A DNA stretch of 47,746 bases from a virus (Duplodnaviria; Caudoviricetes): positions 1-47,746 of IMG/VR virus record IMGVR_UViG_3300048444_000079, one strand, 5' to 3'. Below are positions 46,725-47,746 of the stretch, piece after piece (the first letter of the stretch is position 1; the number at the start of each line of letters is the position of its first letter). A program made the translations under genes and the position numbers. The notes under the pieces are model-generated. The model had not been told where the DNA came from, searched no databases, and worked only from the letters and a program-made list of their open reading frames with translations.

Positions 46725-47417
46725 ATGTTACAAAATAGTATTGTTCAGAAAACCCTAACGGTAAACTTTCTTACGCGCCAAGGTGGTGCGTACGGATACG
46801 ACCCTGAAGACCATAACTTCAAAGCATACATCCCTAAGTGGGTTGTTCGCCAAGAAAATCTTCGGGTCAACGACACGCTTCAATGCAATGTCGGGCCTAA
46901 CTACCCGCAGATGATTAACGTCTGTCCCAACATGGTGAAGTCCCTAGTCGACGACAAGCCCCAACACAACTGGCGTCGAATAGAGCTAAACGAAATGGAC
47001 ATCGTTGACCTAACTCCAGAAGTGCCAGTCACCAAACCTTTGGCTAACGTCGTGGAAATCACGAACAAGTCTCCAGTCAAAACCATTGAGATACAGGACA
47101 CATCCACGGATACATCTACAGACCTCGTTCCATTCAACTTGACCGATATGACCTCAAGTGATTTGGACGAGCTAATCCTAACAGCCTTCGACGAGCTACC
47201 ACGTTTGACGTACGCAGAAGTGTTTTGGATTATATCTGGATACCCCAAGATGAAGCTCCGCGAGATGTCTCTTGTACAACGTTCGGGGTATGATCGTGTA
47301 GGTGTACGCTGCGCACAGCTACATAAGCATGGTGCTTTGGCTTCCGCTGAATTTCGCAAGTCCGAAACAGCCAGTATATCCAAGCGTGTATACGCCCTAC
47401 GGATCGAAGACCTATGA
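46725..47417 (+). CDS. Hypothetical protein
   Basis: AGGA RBS before ATG 46725; possible OB-fold N-terminus and winged-helix C-terminus. Confidence 0.65.
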   Translation: MLQNSIVQKTLTVNFLTRQGGAYGYDPEDHNFKAYIPKWVVRQENLRVNDTLQCNVGPNYPQMINVCPNMVKSLVDDKPQHNWRRIELNEMDIVDLTPEVPVTKPLANVVEITNKSPVKTIEIQDTSTDTSTDLVPFNLTDMTSSDLDELILTAFDELPRLTYAEVFWIISGYPKMKLREMSLVQRSGYDRVGVRCAQLHKHGALASAEFRKSETASISKRVYALRIEDL

Positions 47418-47707
47418 GACATCGCAAGGGCCACGACGCCGACATCTACCGACGGTACGCTAATCAGGGCTACACAAAGGCAGAGACAGCACGTGCATTG
47501 GGGGTTAGCCCCCAATGCGTACACGACCAAGCCTTGAGGCACGGCATAGACTACCCGCGCAAGTGCAAGCGTGGCGGCTACAGAGCCACCTCAAACAATT
47601 TCAAGGTGAAAGTGCTTTGGTCAACCGACCAACATCAGAAAAAATGGGAGCAGAAAATTGGCAAGTACACCACTCAAGTACGTCCGAAAGCAACTGTACG
47701 TCACTGA
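47414..47707 (+). CDS. Small HTH protein
   Basis: GYTKAETARALGVSPQCVH HTH; ATGA coupling. Confidence 0.7.
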   Translation: MRHRKGHDADIYRRYANQGYTKAETARALGVSPQCVHDQALRHGIDYPRKCKRGGYRATSNNFKVKVLWSTDQHQKKWEQKIGKYTTQVRPKATVRH

Positions 47708-47746
47708 CCAAACACCCGCCCTCGCAATCGAGGACGACCTATACGT

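Noticed and set aside
46901-47542. 213-aa antisense ORF (and the many other shadow ORFs opposite long genes)
   Set aside because: Fully overlap better-supported genes, with no RBS or motifs
247-47738. GGGACGAC copies as CRISPR or mobile-element repeats
   Set aside because: Only 8 bp, dispersed, and positioned like promoters

Overview
Near-complete genome of a temperate, podovirus-like dsDNA phage. The host is probably an alphaproteobacterium such as a marine Rhodobacteraceae; this is inferred from the tRNA-Arg fragment, promoter style and gene content. The + strand morphogenesis arm (542-35789) runs terS, terL, portal, a displaced tail-fibre/receptor-binding cassette, two 2OG-Fe(II) oxygenases around four Lys-rich microproteins, scaffold, major capsid, adaptor, nozzle, tail protein, an HlyC-like acyltransferase among ejection proteins, and a 3,000-aa HExxH polyvalent protein. 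A - strand recombination operon (Sak4-like ATPase, SSB, Cas4-like nuclease) diverges from a Cro-like HTH and a primase-helicase. These are followed by a structured intergenic region, a resolvase, a lysis cassette, a LuxR-type HTH, a tyrosine integrase and an attP containing the 5' half of tRNA-Arg(CCT). The most notable unannotated signals are: (1) a ~105-nt - strand sRNA with its own sigma70 promoter, three hairpins, anti-Shine-Dalgarno tracts complementary to the primase RBS, and a terminator, in a temperate phage with no CI repressor visible in the window; (2) a GGGACGAC-N18/19-(-10) late-promoter motif seen about 11-13 times; (3) a GTTGT-N6-GTTGT operator at four control regions; (4) the HlyC-like gene beside a duplicated NPxTG(L/M)LEF module. 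All family assignments come from motif recognition by eye, not database searches.
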